DNA of 64,000 bases from Macrostomum hystrix. Lineage: Eukaryota > Animalia > Platyhelminthes. Location: contig CATNEN010000001.1 in assembly GCA_950097015.1 (NCBI GenBank), forward strand, positions 27,280,001-27,344,000, written 5' to 3'. The notes beneath the pieces are model-generated. The model did not search any database and was not told the DNA's origin. It saw only the letters and a program-made list of their open reading frames with translations. Positions 63,843 to 64,000 of this stretch are shown here, piece by piece. A program made the position numbers and the translations under genes. Each line of letters opens with the position of its first letter. Position 1 is the stretch's first letter.

Positions 63843-64000
63843 TTGTCAATAATAGAAGGCTGGTGGGGCACCCCACTACACTGTTAAGGAAGACTAATGT
63901 AACTGAGTGTCTCGCACATCAGACTGAATTATTTACAAAAAGCTGCGTAAGTTTTGTGCATTCAAACTCATGTTTTCTATCCTGCACTTTGTTATCTAAT

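Overview
Eukaryotic (animal) genomic DNA. The polyQ-rich intronless genes, flatworm-type NPF precursor and very high minisatellite load suggest a free-living flatworm such as Macrostomum (inference only). The window has two compartments. 1 to ~45.5 kb is a gene desert in which roughly half the bases are ~20 different micro/minisatellite arrays surrounding one intronless class III POU gene (22697-24430). ~46-64 kb is gene-dense: a single-exon ZMIZ (SP-RING) gene, a 6-exon UCP4/SLC25A27 gene, a 2-exon neuropeptide F/Y gene, and three tandem secreted WSC+PAN-like genes, one a pseudogene. Two tRNA-derived SINE families are present, one with a CORE/MIR-like domain. The most striking element is at 11541-11650: a tRNA-type Pol III cassette (A box, B box, T7 terminator) with a complete type I hammerhead ribozyme between the boxes. 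Its stem III is palindromic (dimer-type), and an 18-bp inverted repeat brackets the cassette. Also notable: an NPF precursor apparently lacking the amidation glycine, minisatellites built from CRE or YY1/Pho motifs, and a minisatellite arising at a stop codon. Almost all long ORFs in the supplied track outside the named genes are repeat artefacts. Repeat boundaries are approximate.
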